Positions 38,222 through 51,399 of a DNA stretch of 64,000 nucleotides are shown here, piece by piece. Source of the stretch: Isurus oxyrinchus (Eukaryota). Both the position numbers and the translations under genes were made by a program. Below the pieces are notes generated by a model that was given only the letters and a program-made list of their open reading frames with translations, was not told the DNA's origin and did not search any database. The stretch spans positions 78,120,001 through 78,184,000 of the forward strand of contig JANJGN010000018.1 in NCBI GenBank assembly GCA_026770705.1, read 5' to 3'. Each line of letters begins with the position of its first letter. Position 1 is the first letter of the stretch.

Positions 38222-39504
38222 TCTATAATTCTTGAACCTGTCAATTTCCTTGCAAATTTGTTCTTCCATAACTTTATAGAATGCACTAGCAATGTAATGC
38301 TGCTTCCACTGTTTCTTAGCTCTGATCGGATGCTTTCTGCCCTTGATCCCTCCAGGATCTTTCTCTCCATCACTGTAATGTTCTCCTTAATTAATAGTGC
38401 TACCCTTCCCCGTGTATTTCCTCCCCTGTCATTCCTCAACACCAGCATCCAGAGATATTTAATCCTTGCTGAGCCAAGCCCCATTATTGCCACATCATGT
38501 TTCCACATGGCCATCTTGCCTGCAGCTCAGAAGTTTTATTTAGCACACTCCACACAATCACATAGATGCACTGTAGCCCTAATTTAGACCTTATTATAAC
38601 ATTCTCTCTTACTCTGACCCCTCGTAATACCTTATTCATTAAGAACCACGTCAATGGCCTCCAACTCTGTTCACATGTTACCCTTATGGTCCCTAATAGG
38701 CCCAACTATTTCTTTGGTCATCCTCCTGCTCTTTATGTATTTATAAAAATCTTCTGGTTTTCCTTGATTTTATTCACCAATATTTTTTCATACCCTCTCT
38801 TTGCATTCCTAATATCCTTTGTAATTTCACCTCTTAACACTTTATACTCCTCTAGGTTTTCTGCTGTTATGAGCCCTCGGTATCTGTCATAAGCTCCCTT
38901 TTTTTTCTTTATCCTCTCCTTAAAGCCCCTTGACATCAAGGGGGCTCTGGATTTGATAGCCCTACCCTGTTCCTTTAAGGGGTCATACTTGAATGTTTCC
39001 CATTAATCTGACATTGATTTATCTTCAAGTAACTGTTTCCAGATGGCTTTAGCTAAATCATATCACAGCTTCGTAAAATTACTGTACCTCAGTTTGGGAT
39101 TTTTATTCCATAATTATCATAAATCTAACTGAATTATGATCACTTCCACCAAAGTGCTCTCTAACTGATACCTCCTTCCACCTGCCCAACTTCATTCCCA
39201 AAAAACGAGCCCAGAACAACCCCTCTCTTGTTGGGCTTGCTACATACAGGCTAAATAAGTTCTCCTGAATGCATTTTAGGATTTTTTTGTTCCCGCCGTG
39301 CCTTTTACATGAATTCTATCCCAGTTAATATTAGGGTAGTTGAAATCCCTTACTATTACTATCCTATTATTTTTGCACTCTTTGAGATTACGTACATGTT
39401 TGCTCTTCTATCTCCCTCTGATAGTTTGGGGACATATTGTACACATCCAGTGGTGTGGTTGCCCCTTTTCATTCTTCAGTTCAATCCCTAAGGCCTCATG
39501 ATCC
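38222..39504 (-). mobile_element. CR1 LINE fragments (endonuclease/tether); continues at 40549-40580
   Basis: RGRVALLIKENITV, KDIRNAKRGYEKILVNKIKEN. Confidence 0.82.
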
Positions 39505-40548
39505 TGTTAAGACCAGGTGAGAAGGCGTGAGGTCGCTCCTCTTCTATTCTGCCCCCTCAGTTGGTCACAACAAAGTGTCTTTTTTATTTCTTTTCCCCAT
39601 AAATACCTTTTCCAATGCCAATTTATTTACTTGTGAATAAGGAGCCAATCAAACCAGGTTTTTTGTGAACCTAAGAAAGAGTAAGTTTATTAGTTACTAA
39701 ACCCGAGAAAAAACTAATAAAGATGTGATAGTACATACACATAGATATCAGAAGAAAGAAAGTTAGAATCCAATAAAAGCTAAAAGAATATATAATTAAG
39801 CAATTGGCTTGTCTTTGAGGTGTAAATTGTTGAATGTTGCAGCTGTTTGAAATTAGTGGTTTCCTGTGGAATTCTGGGGTTGAATTTGTTCAGGTCTGCA
39901 CTTAGTTGAAGACACTTTCAGCTTTGGAGAGAGAGGGAGAGATTTCCTGCTCTTTTCCAGCAGTGTTTTCAGATGACTGTCATGTTTCTTTTTCCCTTCG
40001 TTTTTCATTCTGCTTGGCAGAACCAGTTTTTAAACTCTTGTCTGTGTATTCCCAGAAGGGGATTCAATTATCAGGTCTTGCATTCGGTGTTGCAGACCAA
40101 ATAATCTCATTTTGTGTTCTTTGCATCTCCAAAACATATGACACATTTCAAGAAATAACTCAACAGGAAATTGGAGTTATTTCATCTTGAATGTTTGATG
40201 AGTATCTGGGTGGTTAGCAGATCCTATTGTCTTGATACGGACTACACTGAATGTCAGCACTGTGCATCTTTAATGCCTTCTTTTCAATAGGGTCCCTGTC
40301 TGAAGTTGACTTTGACACAACTGCATCCCCACACCCCCCTTGCCAAAGGTGAGATTCCATGTAACAGGTCTACAGTGCAATTCATATTGAAAATTTACAG
40401 AAAAGTGGTCAACTTTACAGCATCATGGAAGCCATTTTTTGTTCAGTATCTTTTCTTGTATCTTTAAAAAAAGGTCTTCCTTATACAGTTCACTTTGTCG
40501 AAGTTGTAGGTAGCTCTCACTCAGTCACAGTTTCCTGTTGTTGTGACA
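39505..40548. mobile_element. Solo LTR (1044 bp) inserted in CR1
   Basis: TGTTAA...GTGACA termini, 4-bp TSD ATCC; the CR1 sequence resumes after it. Confidence 0.78.
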
Positions 40549-41575
40549 ATCCTTCTACCATATCAACCTTCCTCAGCTGTGGCCAAGCAGGCAGGGAGGG
40601 CCTCACTGGGCCTCAAATCCTTCCTGGAATGCAGACTTCAGCTGGCCTAGTCCTGATGCCCTGGGAGGCCCAGGGGCTGACTAGAAAATTCTAGTTGGCC
40701 TCTGTCAATAGGCCTTATGTGGTCTTTAAATAGCTATTAATTGGCAACTCGCCACTCTGGGAATATGGCCTAAGGCAGAACGGTGCTGGCAAAGTGCCAT
40801 ATTGGCCAGAGGTGTGGATTTCTGCACCTCCCCACTTCTGCACTTGCCCCCATCAAGGAGTAAAAGTTCAGCCCCGAATCATGGTCCTGTGACATACACA
40901 GCACCTCATTTTCAAATTCAGCTGTGCAGATCCAGCCCTGTGCACGCTTTGCCAGTTTTTAATGGCGAAACAGCTGAACAGGCCCCAGAAAATTAAATTG
41001 AAGATTATTCTTGTGGTGCCTAGGAAAGAAGTCCCCCTTTGGGGCCCACAAAAATAAATTGAGCTGCTGCCACCACCAACTGCACCCCACCCCACAACCC
41101 CTCACTACCCCCTCCAAGCATCATCCCTGGACTTACCTGGTTGTCTGATCTGGAACTGCCCTGAATCCAGCCAGCTGCACGTGGCTGCCCATCTGGAGCA
41201 GGCAGCTTGTCAGTTCTATTTCAATAAGATCTGACCTTGAAAAGGGTCCTGGCCTCTTTGCTATCATGCTGGTATGCTCGCGGGCTGCCTGAAAGTTAAA
41301 ATCTACCCCTTTAATTCCATTCGCTGCCTTTTCAATACTCTTTAAAAATTCATTATTTTTAAAGAACTTATCTAATTCTCTCTTAAAGGATGTCTTAGGA
41401 GTTGTTTTTCTAGCACACTACCAGCAGTACTGTTAAATAAGGGGCAATAGGGCCATGATTTTGGAATTTGCATTGTCAATGGACAAGATTTCCCACTGTT
41501 GGTATGTGCTCAATAGTTAGCTGTGGTAAAGCACTGTTAATAGTTGTCTAATAACCTGCTATGTGAAAAGACATT

Positions 41576-42638
41576 GGGCCGTAATTTCCAGTGACGTGGC
41601 AATTGAGTCGGATTGCCACTCTGCTCGAAAGTTCTTACCTGGAAATCCAGCCGATCCTATCTTGCCTTTTGACTCAGCCGACCAAGATCTGGGCAGCACG
41701 GTGCATTGCCACAGCCGAGTGTCAAAGGTCATAGAGTCAAAGGTAAGTAAGCCATGGTCCTTTTATATAGCACTAGCTGTTGTAAACCAGGTAAGTTTAA
41801 AGGTCCAGCCAGGATAATATCTTTGACAAGGTAAGTGTACAAGGTAAGTGGTAGGGTTTGTGGGGGGCAGTAGTCAGATCGGGCCTTGGAGGTGGAGGGA
41901 TCGGTCTGGTTGAGCCAGGCCTTGGCGGGGTGTTGGGTCAGGCCTTGGGAGTAGGTGGGGTTGTCTGGTCAGGTCTGGTCGGGCCGGGCTTTGGGGGCGG
42001 GGTAGGGTCGGGAGGGCCGGGGCTAGGGTTGGTTCAGGTTGGGCCTGGGGGGATGCGCTCATGTTGCGTTGGGCCTTGATGCGGGTGTCTAGTTTAGTTG
42101 AGTTGGGTTGGGTTGTGTTAGGCTTTGGGGTGGGGTGGCAGGGAGTCAGGGCCTTGTGGGGGTGGTTAGGTCGGACCGGGCCTTGGTGGGAGGGGTGGGG
42201 TGTCTGGGGAGGGCCCAGTTGTGCTGGGCCAGGTCTTTGAGGGGTGCGGGGGGTCGGGGTCAGGTCGGGCCTTGCAAGAATAGTCGGAGTTTGGAGAAAG
42301 TCCCAGGGGGGTGGTGGGGGTGTCCTGTAGGCAGGATGGGGGCTCAGAGGTGTCCCGGGTGGTGGGAGGAGTCCCGTGGGGTTGGGCGTGGGCGAGTCCC
42401 CTGGGGGTTCAGGGGTATGAGGGAAGTCCCGTGGGGAGGTCAGTGTGGGTTTGTGCAATAGTTTCCCAGAAGCTAGAAGTGATTTTAATTCTTCAAACAT
42501 TTTCTAGGCAACTATTGATGTAAGACAGTCGGAACCATCTGAAGTTTGCAATTTAAATTGCAATTTTCAGATGGTTCCCAGTGCAGGACAATTACCCAGC
42601 GGATGTTTATGATGCCCTAGAGTTCGGAAGTTATGGCC
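41576..42638. mobile_element. Non-autonomous TIR element (Harbinger-like) with a G-rich interior
   Basis: TIR GGCCGTAATTTCC / GGAAGTTATGGCC, ATT on both flanks; its right end is homologous to 8510-8660. Confidence 0.7.
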
Positions 42639-42769
42639 ATTCCTCTAATTTGTCCTTTGTTTTGCTACTTTCCCCTTCATTTTAGTGAATTTATAGCCAA
42701 TTTAACATCAATGATTTTATAGTTAAATCCAACATGCAAATGTAAAACATCAGTAAAATGGGATGTCAC

Positions 42770-42827
42770 CTGCGCTCCATAATTGGGAAATTCCAAAAAC
42801 ACAAAACCAGACTATTCGACATAACAT
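42770..42827 (-). CDS. HHLA2: HHLA2-like signal-peptide exon (coding part; exon probably 42770-42955)
   Basis: ATG...GCA G|gtgaca reads MLCRIVWFCVFGISQLWSA. Phase 1, joins the IgV exon in frame; in-frame TGA upstream; acceptor tctcattgcag at 42956. Confidence 0.7.
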
Positions 42828-42907
42828 TCTTGTTCTTCCTTCAGTTCACAGTAGGTTGCATCCAAAGTATCTTCACAAATAAAGTTACATGTAGACAGAA
42901 TCTTCAT
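42812..42907 (-). promoter_or_regulatory. Upstream ORF (31 aa) overlapping the HHLA2 start codon out of frame
   Basis: ATG 42907 to TAG 42812, MKILSTCNFICEDTLDATYCELKEEQECYVE*, passing the main ATG (42827). Depends on the exon model. Confidence 0.5.
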
Positions 42908-42989
42908 TTCATTTCTCAGTTGAACACTCCAACTTATTCCTTAAGAATTATCTTTCTGCAATGAGAAACAATTCTCGCATTTAATAAGA

Positions 42990-43840
42990 GTATATGAAAT
43001 AAGAGCAAGGATAGGCCCCTTGGCCTGCTCCACCATTCAATAAGCCAATGGTTGATCTGACTGTTGCCTTAATTCCATTTCCTTGCCAGCTCCATGACTA
43101 ACTCTCATGGAGAAAATTAAGGGATATTCTGGCATGGTGGTCCATTGGAACGAGGTGGGGAGTGGTGCTGTTAGAGCTGTGAGTGCGTTGTTGCGGGGGG
43201 AGTGTGCTCTCAGAGCTGTCAGAGCAGTAGCGGAAGGAGTTCTGCAAGGTTTGCCTGAGGGCGCAGGAGCAGAGTGGACACTGCGCATGTGGAAGATGTA
43301 AACATCCGAATTAGAGGAAGAGCAGCATCCCGGATGCACGCAGCCCAGGGGACAGGACAATGAACTCAGTTAGGGTACAATCCCATAAAATAAAGGATAG
43401 TTGTTCACCCTGGCTGTCCATAACCCTTGACTCCCTTCAAGGTCAAAAATCCACCTAACTCAGCTTGAATAAATTCAGTTACCCAGCTTTCACTGCTCTC
43501 AGTGGTAGAGAATGCCAAAGATTCACAATTTTCTGACAGAAGAAATTCCTTCTTATTTCCATCTTAAATTAGAGGCCCATTATTTTGAAACTCTGCCGCT
43601 AGTTCTAGATTCTCCACAAGCATCTCAGCATCTATTCTGCCAGCACCCTCAGAATCTTATATGTTTCAATAAGATCACCTCTCATTCTTCTAAATTCCAA
43701 TGTGTATAAGCCCAACCTGCTCACCCTTTCCTCATAAAACAGCCCTTTCACCCCAGGAATGAGCCTTGTGCATCTTCTCTCAACTGCTTCCAGTGCAAGT
43801 AATGCCCTCCTTAAATATGGAGGCCAAAACTGTATGCAGG
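42990..43840 (-). mobile_element. CR1 3' fragment with an internal insertion (about 43095-43412, possibly hAT-like)
   Basis: CR1 tail sequence is split; the insert ends AGGATAGTTGTTCACCCTG, TIR-like on one side only. Confidence 0.65.
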
Positions 43841-45019
43841 GAGTCTTATGGCAGCGATGGGGGTCTATAGCTAACTGCTAGATAGCCAGTGAGACCCCTG
43901 CATTGCATCTTTATGAGAAGGCCCGCCACATCCTATGCCACTCAGACACTTGACAGGCCAGCAGCAGGCTTTCCACCGGGATCAAGGACCCAGGAGGTGG
44001 AAGTCCCACCCACTGAGAGCTGCCAGCCATTTGGAGACAGGCAGCACTTCTATACTCAGCAGCACTGCTGGGCAGGGAGTGGCTACTACTGTTACTGCAC
44101 CCACCCAAGGCCTCAGGCAAAGGCGAGTACTGCTGGTTGGGAATTGCAAGGGCGCCTCCATCTCAAGTTGCCCAATGATACATGTGATTGATGATAATTT
44201 TATTATAAATAAAGTTGTTAAGTCTCCTGAAGCAGAGGGGATAGCGTCTGGATGGATTGTTTGGACCATGGATGCAGCCTTTCCTACCCCTTTGGAGCAT
44301 GGAGTGTCTTGCTCTGAAGACCTGCCACAGGGAGGCTGTCTCAGTGGAGATGGAGGCCTCTGTGAATGGCAGGGGGCTGCTCCAGCAGCAGCACAACAGC
44401 AGCTCACCTGCAAACATCAGATCTAACTGGGTCTGTAATAATTCAAAACAAAAACAGAATTACCTGGAAAAACTCTGTAATATCTCTGTAATAATTCAGT
44501 TGGCTGCCTTTCCCCCATGGTGCAGATAGCTGATTCGGGTCCCACCCACCCACAGGAAACTTCTGGTGGAAATAAGTCAGGGAGCCATCATCATAGGGCC
44601 CGGAAACATCAGTTCAAAGATTATGCAAACTGATGAAACTTGTTTTATGGTTGCGATTAAAGGTTGTCTAAGGTACATCAATGCCAAAGCTTGAAACAAC
44701 CTTAGATCTTTCGAACAACATGCAATAAAAACCAATGTGGTCTGTAGGAAAAACGGAGCAAGATGAGTAATGTTTCTAGTTATCAAGTCCAAAGCCACTT
44801 ACAATAGCTGGATGGGATCGAGGCTTTACTTAAAATTGATCAATGTTATTAATAACCGTAATGATTATTGTTGCCAATTCACAGGGTATTAATGTAAGCT
44901 GAAAAATTAGTTTTTAATTTTCTTTCATTTCCTAAATAGTTTAAGTGAAAACAACTATGAAAACAAACATAATCCTGAAAAAAAATCACCGACCAAGTAA
45001 ACGCTTCCATAAAAAGTAA

Positions 45020-46056
45020 TAGAAACAGAAAATGCTGGAGAAACAGCAGGTCTGGCAGCAGCTGTAGAGAGAGAAACAGCGTTAACGTTTCCAGTCTGCA
45101 TAACTCTTCTCCAGCATGAAAGAGATGTAAAAGTGTGATGGATTTTATATTGTTTAAGAGGGAGTGGAGCAAGTGGAGCAAATTCGAAGGTCAGGGATAG
45201 GTGGGAGCTCAGGAGAGATTGACAAAGACATCATGGACTCAAGATAAAGGGAGTGTTAATGGTAGTGTAAGCATTAAAGAATGTGCTGATAGTGGCATTA
45301 AGGTAAGATAGCAGAGTGTGTTAATAGCAGAAGAAGGGTCAGCGCTTTGTGAAAGCACAGCGTAGAAACAAGTGACAAGTGGGGAGGGGGAGGGGGTGGG
45401 TTGGGGAAAAAGGATAAAAAAAATGTTCTGAGTAGGCACTTTACAGCCTTCTGGAATTTAACATTAAGTTCAACAAATTCAGACCATAAACTCTCTCTTC
45501 CATCTTTATCACTTTTTAAATCCATTTTAAACATTTTTATTTATTTTTTATTTATTGATACATTTTTTATTTTAAATTTTTAATATAAGTATTCTCTTCA
45601 TCCACTTTTTAGCCTTTTTCTTCATCGACCCACCCACCCACCCCCAGACAACCCCATAGGGCCCCCCACAGGACGGTCTTCCTCTCCGAGTCACTCACCA
45701 TCCTGACTTGGAAATATATCACGATACCTCGTTGTCGCTAGGTCAAAATCCTGGAATTCCCTCCCTAACTGCACTGTGGGTGTACCAACACCACAGGGAC
45801 AGCAGCGGTTCAAGAAGGCAGCTCACCACCACCTCCTCAAGGGCAATTAGGGATGGGAAATAAATGCTGGCCCAGCCAGCAACGCCCACATCCCGTAAAT
45901 GAATTTTTAAAAATTCTACTTTAGCTCTGAAGAAGAGTCATACAGACTCAAAACGTTAACTGTTTCTCTCTCCACAGATGCTGTCAGACCTACTGAGTTT
46001 TTCCAGTGTTTTCTGTTTTATTTCAGATTTCCATCATCTGCAATATTTTGCTTTTA
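45020..46056. mobile_element. PLE insertion of inverted plus direct pseudo-LTRs, with nested LINE 3' end (about 45686-45905)
   Basis: 14-bp TSD TCCATAAAAAGTAA at 45006-45019 and 46057-46070; decayed hammerhead motifs near 45080-45115 (-) and 45923-45962 (+). Confidence 0.88.
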
Positions 46057-46112
46057 TCCATAAAAAGTAAGTTGTATAATATTCAATAAGAACAGTAGCA
46101 TACATTAATTTA

Positions 46113-46240
46113 GGCCGGGGTTTTCCGGTCCCATCGTGGTGGGACCCACCGTGGGAGTTTCTGTGGCCCAGCCAAAAGCCTGTTGACTTTCAGCGGGACC
46201 GGACGATCCCAGTGTTGGGCAAGGCTGGAAAATCCAGCCC
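46113..46240. mobile_element. Harbinger/Tourist-type MITE
   Basis: Imperfect TIR GGCCGGGGTTTTCC / GGAAAATCCAGCCC with TTA on both flanks. Confidence 0.7.
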
Positions 46241-46291
46241 TTAGCGCCATTAACATGGGTGCTTTTTAGAGGAAAATGAATGGACACTGAT

Positions 46292-49200
46292 CACAGAATC
46301 ACAGTGCAGAAGAGGCCCTTCGGCTCATCGAGTCTGCACCGACATGTGAGAAACACCTGGCCTACCTACCTAATCCCATTTACCAGCACTTGGCCCATAG
46401 CCTTGAATGTTATGACGTGCCAAGTGCTCATCCAGGTACTTTTTAAAGGATGTGAGGCAACCAGCCTCCACCACCTTCCCAGGCAGTGCATTCCAGACCG
46501 TCACCACCCTCTGGGTAAAAAAGTTTTTCCTCACATCCCCCTTAAACCTCCTGCCCCTCACCTTGAACTTATGCCCCTTTGTGACTGACCCTTCAACTAA
46601 GTGGAACAGCTGCTCCCTATCCACCCTGTCCAAGCCCCTCATAATCTTGTATACCTCGATCAGGTCGCTCCTCAGTCTTCTCTGCTCCAAAGAAAACAAC
46701 TCAAGTCTTTCCAACCTCTCTTCATAACTTAAATGTTTCATCCCAGACAACATCCTGGTGAATTTCCTCTGCACCCCCTCCAGTGCAATCACATCCTTCC
46801 TATAATGTGACGACCAGAACTGCACACAATAGTCCAGCTGTGGCCTCACCTAGGTTCTATACAACTGCAACATGACCTCCCTACTTTTGTAATCTATGCC
46901 TCGATTGATAAAGGCAAGTGTCCCATATGCAATTTTCACCACCCTACTAACATGCTCCTCTGCCTTCAGAGATCTATGGACCCACACGCCAAGGTCCCAT
47001 TGTTCCTCAGAACTTCCTAGTGCCATGCTGTTCATTGAATACTTCCTTGTCAAATTACTCCTTCTAAAGTGTATCACCTCACACTTTTCAGGGTTAAATT
47101 CCATCTGCCACTTATCTGCCCATTTGACCATCCTGTCTATATCTTCCTGTAGCCCAAGACACTCAACCTCACTGTTAACCACCCAGCCTAACTTTGTGTC
47201 ATCCGCAAACTTACTAATCCTACCCCCCACATAGTCAGCTATGTCATTTATATAAATGACAAATAATAGGGGACCCAGCACAGATCCCTGTGGTATGCCA
47301 CTGGACAATGGCTTCCAGTCACTAAAGCATCCCTCTGCCTCCTACAACTAAGCCAATTTTGAATGCACCTCATCAAATTACCCTGTATCCCATGTGCACT
47401 TGCCTTCTTTATAAGTTTCCCATGTGGGACCTTGTCAAAGGCTTTGATGAAATCCATATAAACGACATCAACTGCACTACCCTCATCTACACAACTGGTC
47501 ACCTCCTCAAAAAATTCAATCAAATTTGTAAGGCATGACCCCTCTCTGACAAAGCCTTGCTGACTATCCCTGATCAAACCTTGCCTCTCCAAGTGGAGAT
47601 AGATACTCTCTTTCAGAACTTTCTCCAATAGTTTCCCTACCACTGATGTGAGACTCACTGGCCTGTAGTTCCCTGGCTTATCTGTACAACCCTTCTTAAA
47701 TAGCGGAACCACATTAGCTGTTCTCCAGTCCTCTGGTACCTCCGCCGTGGCCAGAGAGGAATTAAAAATTTGAGTCAGAGCCCCTGCGATCTCCTCCCTT
47801 GCCTCCCTCAGCAGTCTGGGACACAAATCATCCAGACCTGGAGATTTGTCCACTTTTAAGCCTGCCAACACCTCCAATTCCTTGTCACTCCCTATGTCAA
47901 TTTGCTTAAGAACCTCGCAGTCTCCCCAAGTTCCATACCTTTATCCTCATTCTCTTGGGTGAAGCCAGATGTGAGGTATTCATTCAACACACTAGTGATG
48001 TCCTCTGGCTTCACCCATGGATTGCCCCCTTGGTCCCTTACTCTTTCCCTGGTTATCCTCTTCCCATTGATATACTTATAGAATATCTTGGGATTTTCCC
48101 TAATTTTACCAGCCAGAGCTTTCTCATTTCCCCACTTTGCTCTCCTAATTGCTTTCTTAAGCTCCACCCTGCACTGTCTGTACTCCACAAATGGCTCTGC
48201 TGATTTGCTTCCCTTGTAGATGCTAAAAGCCTCTCTTTTCCTTCTCATCATAACCTGAATATCTCTGGTCATCCATGGTTCTCTGGGCTTGTTACTCCTT
48301 CCTATCACCCTAGAGGGAATATGTTTAGCCTGTACCCTCCCCATTTCCTTTTTGAACACCCCCCACTATTCCTCTGTAGATTTCCCCACAAGTAACTGTT
48401 CCCAGTCTACCTTGGCCAGACCCTGCCTTATTTTACTAAAATCCACTCTTCCCCAATCCAAAACATCTTTTTTGCAACTTATTGATTTCTTTGTCCAAAA
48501 CAAACTTAAACTGTACTATGTTGTGGTGGCTATCGCTAAAATGTTCCCCCACCACCACCTCAGCCACCTGTCCGGCTTCATTCCCCAGAATTAGGTCCAG
48601 CAATGCACCATCCCTTGTTGGACCCTCTACATATTGACCTAAAAAGTTTTCCTGTACACATTTCAAGAAATCCACTCCATCAAAGCCCTTAACATTATGT
48701 CTATCCCAATTAATGTTGGGAATGTTGAAATCACCTAATATAATTACCCTATTGTTATTCTTTTTACGCACCTCCACAAATTGTGCACATATTTGGTCCT
48801 CAATTTCCTGCTGCCTATCTGAGGGTCTATAATAAACACCTAATAATGTGGTTGTCCCTTTTTTATTCCTAAGCTCTACCCACAAATCTTCATTCAATGC
48901 CCCCTCCAAGATATCATCTCTCCTTACTGCATTAACTGACTCCTTAACTAATAATGCCATGCCTCCTCTTCTTTTACCCCCTCCCCTGTCTCGCCTGAAG
49001 ATTTTATATCCCGGAATGTTGAGCTGCCAATCCTGCCCTTCCCTCAAGCACTTCTCAGCGATGGCTACTATATCACAATTCCACATGTCAATCCTCAATC
49101 TTAACTCATCCGTTTTACCTGTAATACTCCTGGTATTAAAGTAGAGGCCACCCAGCCTTGTCTTACTCCCTTGAAGCTTATTGCAGCAGTACTCCCTCTG

Positions 49201-49650
49201 ACTTGATTGTTTTACTGTATTATAATGTGTCCCTATTCTGCTAACATTCTGTGTACCCTCCCCTGCTGAATTAGTTTAAACTCCTCCCAACAGCACTAGG
49301 AAACCTGCCCGCAAGGATGTTATTCCCACTCTGGTTCAGATGTAGATTGTCCCACTTGTACAGGTCCCACCTTCCCCAGAAATTGTCCCAGTGATCCAGG
49401 AATCTAAAACCCTTCCTCCTGCACCAACTCTTAAGACACGTATTCATCTGTGTTATTCTCCTACTTCTGAGCTTGCTAGCATGTGGCACTGGTAGTAATC
49501 CAGAGATTACAAACCGAGAGGTCTTGCTTTTTGGTCCACTGCCTAACTGTCTGAATCTTTGATGCAAGACCTCATCCCTCTTTCAACCTATGTCATTGGT
49601 ACCAACATATACCATGACCTCTGCCTTATCACCCTCCCCCTTCAGGATTC
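46292..49650 (-). mobile_element. Long CR1 LINE: ORF1 esterase end plus disrupted ORF2 (APE + RT)
   Basis: ORF1 VISGLLP...DNLHLN (SGNH-type); APE GDFN, DLIL, SHHN; [32 protein letters not shown]; several stops and frameshifts. Confidence 0.95.
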
Positions 49651-50214
49651 CTCTTATCTGCTCTAACTATGTCCCGTAGCTTACGTCATTGGTACCTAAG
49701 ATCTCTTCACCCACAATACGACCCAGGAAATAACACTGTAAAGTCAGGACCCAGCACATCATGGTCCTGAGCCATTTTACAGCAGAAGTCCATTAGAGCA
49801 ACTGTAGAATTTAGTCCCCTCTAGCCTTCATAACCTTCAATCCTTTCCTTTGTAAAATATCTAACCCACTCACTCTCTCCAAAACATAACCTTAACTTTC
49901 ATTTCTGCAACACCAAAAATTGTTGTCAAAGGATGTAACAGACCAAGAAAATGGAATAACTGGCACTATGGATCAAGGGGATCAAGGATACTAGATGAGG
50001 GTAAAGGGACAGGAAGGCATTGCAAGGGGCTTATGGGGGAGAGGGAATGATGGCAGGCAGAAAGGTGACTGAGAGGTGGGAAGCTGGAGCCCAACAAGGG
50101 AAACTGAAATGCTGAAAAACAAGAGGGTGGATGGGATACCACATGTAAGAATGGGAGGAGATGCACGCAGACTCCAGAACAGGAAATGTTGGGAGGGGAG
50201 GGGGGTGGTTAGAT

Positions 50215-50595
50215 GGGTAGATAGGAGAAGCTGGGGTTGTTCTGCAAGAGAAGATTAAGAGGAGATTTGATCATGGAGGGCCTAAGAAGATAGGTAGAAA
50301 CTGTTCACATTGGTGGAAACATCCAGAACCAGAGGGCACAGATTTAAAATTAAAGAAGCATCAGCAATATGAGGAAAAACCTTTTTACACAGCGTCGGTG
50401 ATTAGGATCTTGAATTCACTGAGTGTGATGGAGGCAGATTCAATCAAAGCCTTCAAGAGAGAATTGGATAATTATCTGAAGAGAAATGGAAAAGGTGAAG
50501 GAATGAGGTCAAGGTGAGTTGCTTTTGCAGAGAGCTGATTTGGACACGACCGGTGGAATGACCTCCTTCTATGCTGTAACCATTCTATGATTCTA
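50215..50595 (+). mobile_element. CR1 3' fragment
   Basis: EKLGLFS..LRGDL-like sequence and tail CTCCTTCTATGCTGTAACCATTCTATGATTCTA. Confidence 0.8.
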
Positions 50596-51223
50596 AATAT
50601 ACACCTGTTTCTCCAGCCTGAACAATAGGGAGAATTCCTAAGGAAATTTCTGGAGGCTGTTGTTAGTTATGTTGTGCTGCGAGTTCTCTGATGACAATTT
50701 ATTTAGTGACAGGCTGGGCAATCGATATTAAGAAGGTATTAAGAACGCAAACTGGAGGAACAACACCTCATCTTCCGACTAGGCACCTTACAGCCTTCCG
50801 GTCTGAATATTGAGTTCAACAACTTTAGGTCATGAGCTCCCTCCCCCATCCCCACTCCCTTTCTGTTTCCCCCTTTTTCCCTTTTTTTTCCCTATAAATT
50901 ATATAGATTTTTCTTTTCCCACCTATTTCCATTATTTTTAAATATTTTAAAATCTTTTATGCTCCCCCCACCCCCACTAGAGCTGTACCTTGAGTGCCCT
51001 ACCATCCATTCTTAATTAGCACATTCGTTTAGATAATATCACCAACTTTAACTTTAACACCTATGTGTTCTTTTGTACCATTGTCACTGACATCTTTTGA
51101 TGATCTGCTTCTATCACTGCTTGTTTGTCTACACAACCACCTCTCTCTCTCCCTATCTCTCCGCCCCCCACACACACACCTTAAACCAGCTTATATTTCA
51201 ACTCTTTCTTGGACTCGAAATCA

Positions 51224-51262
51224 AGTTCTGTCGAAGGGTCATGAGGACTTGAAACGTCAACT
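51224..51262 (+). ncRNA. Minimal type I hammerhead ribozyme motif in the 5' pseudo-LTR
   Basis: AGTT-CTGTCGA-A-GGGTC-atgag-GACTT-GAAAC-GTC-AACT: stems I and II pair, palindromic ACGT in place of stem III; core has A6U. Confidence 0.65.
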
Positions 51263-51399
51263 CTTTTCTTCTCCGCCGATGCTGCCAGACCTGCTGAGTT
51301 TTTCCAGGTAATTCTGTTTTTGTTTTGGATTTCCAGCATCCGCAGTTTTTTTTTTGTTTTTATCTCTGTGTTTAATTGACTACCACTGCTCTTCAAGAA

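Noticed and set aside
41858-42523. 208-aa Pro-rich and Gly-rich ORFs
   Set aside because: Products of the low-complexity G-rich tract inside a TIR element; no domain or splice support.
25207-42827. Calling the gene B7-H4 (VTCN1), B7-H3 or a butyrophilin
   Set aside because: The V-C-V layout, lack of a B30.2 exon and adjacency to CIP2A fit HHLA2 better. A phylogeny is still needed.
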